The notes under the pieces are model-generated. The model searched no databases. It saw only the letters and a list, made by a program, of their open reading frames with translations, and was not told where the DNA came from. Positions 62,136-64,000 of a stretch of DNA of 64,000 bases are shown here, in pieces (the first letter of the stretch is position 1; every line of letters begins with the position of its first letter). This DNA comes from Bispira polyomma (lineage: Eukaryota): contig OZ287754.1 in the NCBI GenBank assembly GCA_965649765.1, positions 38,316,001-38,380,000 on the forward strand, read 5' to 3'. The position numbers were made by a program, and so were the translations under genes.

Positions 62136-64000
62136 AATTTTGGGGTTTGGTGGCATGACTGTAAGATCTAGTCAGTTTAACATTGCAAGTACCATATTAA
62201 TTACCTGTAAACTAAATGAATTAACTGTGGGCATAAGGTCCCCCTGTATTATTAAAGTACATATTGTACTCATCTAATTAAAGTTGCACTTAAAACCTAA
62301 GTCAAACTTTAATTTGTTAATCTTCAAAGTCATATTTAAGTTTCAACTTAAATCTAGATTTCTAAATTCAACTTCTTTATTAGTTAGGGTTACTTAAACT
62401 CATTCTGGTTTAACCTAAAGTCCTAAACTCAATTGAGTTAAGGGGACCTTATGCTCACACAAGGTGTATATCATGTCAAAGAACTGTACATAAATATCTT
62501 AGTAATAGTAGCTGTAAATATAAAATAAAATATATTTAACCGCAGTATTGTCTTTCTATGACTTGTTCGGTTAATTCAGTTTCTCAGGCTACCCCGAGGA
62601 ACTGTGTAAGCGAACGCCCTCAGCATTCGTGGCCTCAATTCTGGGGGCCCAGCCTGTTCTACTATTATGGGATGGTGTACGACTATATAAGGCTCTCCTT
62701 TTCAAATTCTCCCGCCTTTATCGTTTCGTCAGCAGAGCAACAACTAGTTTAAAATTCCCACCCTCCACTTACCCGTTTTAATTGGAATGTGGCTACTATT
62801 AGTATGAATATTACTATGGATGTCTTAAGAAATATTGCATATATTGTTGTCAAATGCTACTGTAGTTAGTTATGTATTTTCAGACAAATGGGAGTCAGAA
62901 TAACTTTGTCAAATGCCTCACTGCCTTGTTGGAGTCCACCACGGGGACCTGCCGCTTGTGTGTAACATCAAGGGATTGTGTCATCAGTTTGTAGAACAGT
63001 CTGGCAGACGAGTGTCTGGGCCGGTGTAATATGTCTGTGGTGGACTCTGTATAAAATATTATAATTTACATTATACTTTTATTTCAAAGTTTACCTTCTT
63101 TATACAAGTTTACATTACATGTGTCAATTCATTGGATAAGGGGTCGTATTATTCGATCACGTAAGGGCGTTCCGGTTTGAGCTAGATGTAATGTAGCATA
63201 GAGGGGGCTAAATGTATACAGAAGTTTCTTTTAGCAACCATAATGTCGTACTTAACTGGGGCGTATACATTATTGTTTAGATGTATTGGGCAGGATGAGC
63301 TTGACATTGATTTTTAGTTCCTCAATCATAGTACATGAACTTTTTATAACATTTTACATCTTTTACAAATTATTCATTGTTACTTTTGTTATTAATATTT
63401 TAAATATCAGTCGCAACTGAGTTGCTACTGGGGTTCTGTTGTACTATGGTTGCGGTTCTGTGATATGCATGATAGAGTATGCCGGGTGGTGGCATGACTG
63501 TAAGATCTAGTCAGTTTAACATTGCAAGTACCATATTAATTACCTGTAAACTAAATGAATTAACTGTGGGCATAAGGTCCCCCTGTATTATTAAAGTACA
63601 TATTGTACTCATCTAATTAAAGTTGCACTTAAAACCTAAGTCAAACTTTAATTTGTTAATCCTCAAAGTCATATTTAAGTTTCAACTTAAATCTAAATTT
63701 CTAAATTCAACTTCTTTATTAGTTAGGGTTACTTAAACTCATTCTGGTTTAACCTAAAGTCCTAAACTCAATTGAGTTAAGGGGACCTTATGCTCACACA
63801 AGGTGTATATCATGTCAAAGAACTGTACATAAATATCTTAGTAATAGTAGCTGTAAATATAAAATAAAATATATTTAACCGCAGTATTGTCTTTCTATGA
63901 CTTGTTCGGTTAATTCAGTTTCTCAGGCTACCCCGAGGAACTGTCTATGTGTGTATTGCTAATAACAATTGAATAGACAGTGGAAAATTATATGTTTCAA

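Larger units (their letters stand above)
57401..63944 (+). mobile_element. Tyrosine-recombinase retrotransposon, copy 2, 6544 bp
   Basis: Offset 13058 from copy 1; A1 57401-57552, B1 62148-62605, A2 62606-62757, B2 63487-63944; same insertion point in the array unit. Confidence 0.95.
12180..64000. repeat. Tandem tRNA-gene array, ~1307-bp unit (tRNA-Glu CTC on +, tRNA-Ile AAT on -), 30 units in the window, interrupted twice by a retrotransposon and continuing past the window end
   Basis: Periodicity of 1276/1294/1295/1307/1308 bp with near-identical spacers; left edge at TTACCAGTTCACAGG (~12180). Confidence 0.98.

Noticed and set aside
44343-63944. Two independent site-specific insertions at the same target
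   Set aside because: Shared rare flanking variants and shared inter-repeat mismatches point to a segmental duplication, so the identical site is not evidence of targeting.
12180-64000. CRISPR-like repeat-spacer array associated with an RT and integrase
   Set aside because: Whole 1.3-kb units are near-identical; there are no unique spacers.

Overview
AT-rich eukaryotic (invertebrate-like) genomic DNA with three parts. (1) 1-12.1 kb: a four-coding-exon minus-strand gene for an Ikaros/Pegasus/Hunchback-type zinc-finger protein (3 N-terminal C2H2 fingers plus a C-terminal finger pair, about 458 aa), with small TIR-bounded non-autonomous DNA transposon remnants in its introns and flank. (2) From about 12,180 to beyond the window end: a tandem array of ~1.3-kb units (1276/1294/1295/1307/1308 bp). 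Each unit has a tRNA-Glu(CTC) on + and a convergent tRNA-Ile(AAT) on -; the window holds 30 Glu and 29 Ile loci, many damaged at CpG sites. (3) Two near-identical, ORF-intact 6,544-bp tyrosine-recombinase retrotransposons (Ngaro/PAT-like: gag, RT-RNase H, YR, split direct repeats A1-ORFs-B1-A2-spacer-B2). Both sit at the same position of the array unit, about 69 bp past the tRNA-Ile 3' end, without a target-site duplication. The element has a clear -1 frameshift signal at the gag/pol junction, a candidate in-frame gag-to-YR splice, a fold-back that exists only across the B|A recombination junction, and a multi-hairpin domain in repeat B. Shared flanking variants indicate that the second copy arose by a 13,058-bp array duplication, not by independent insertion.
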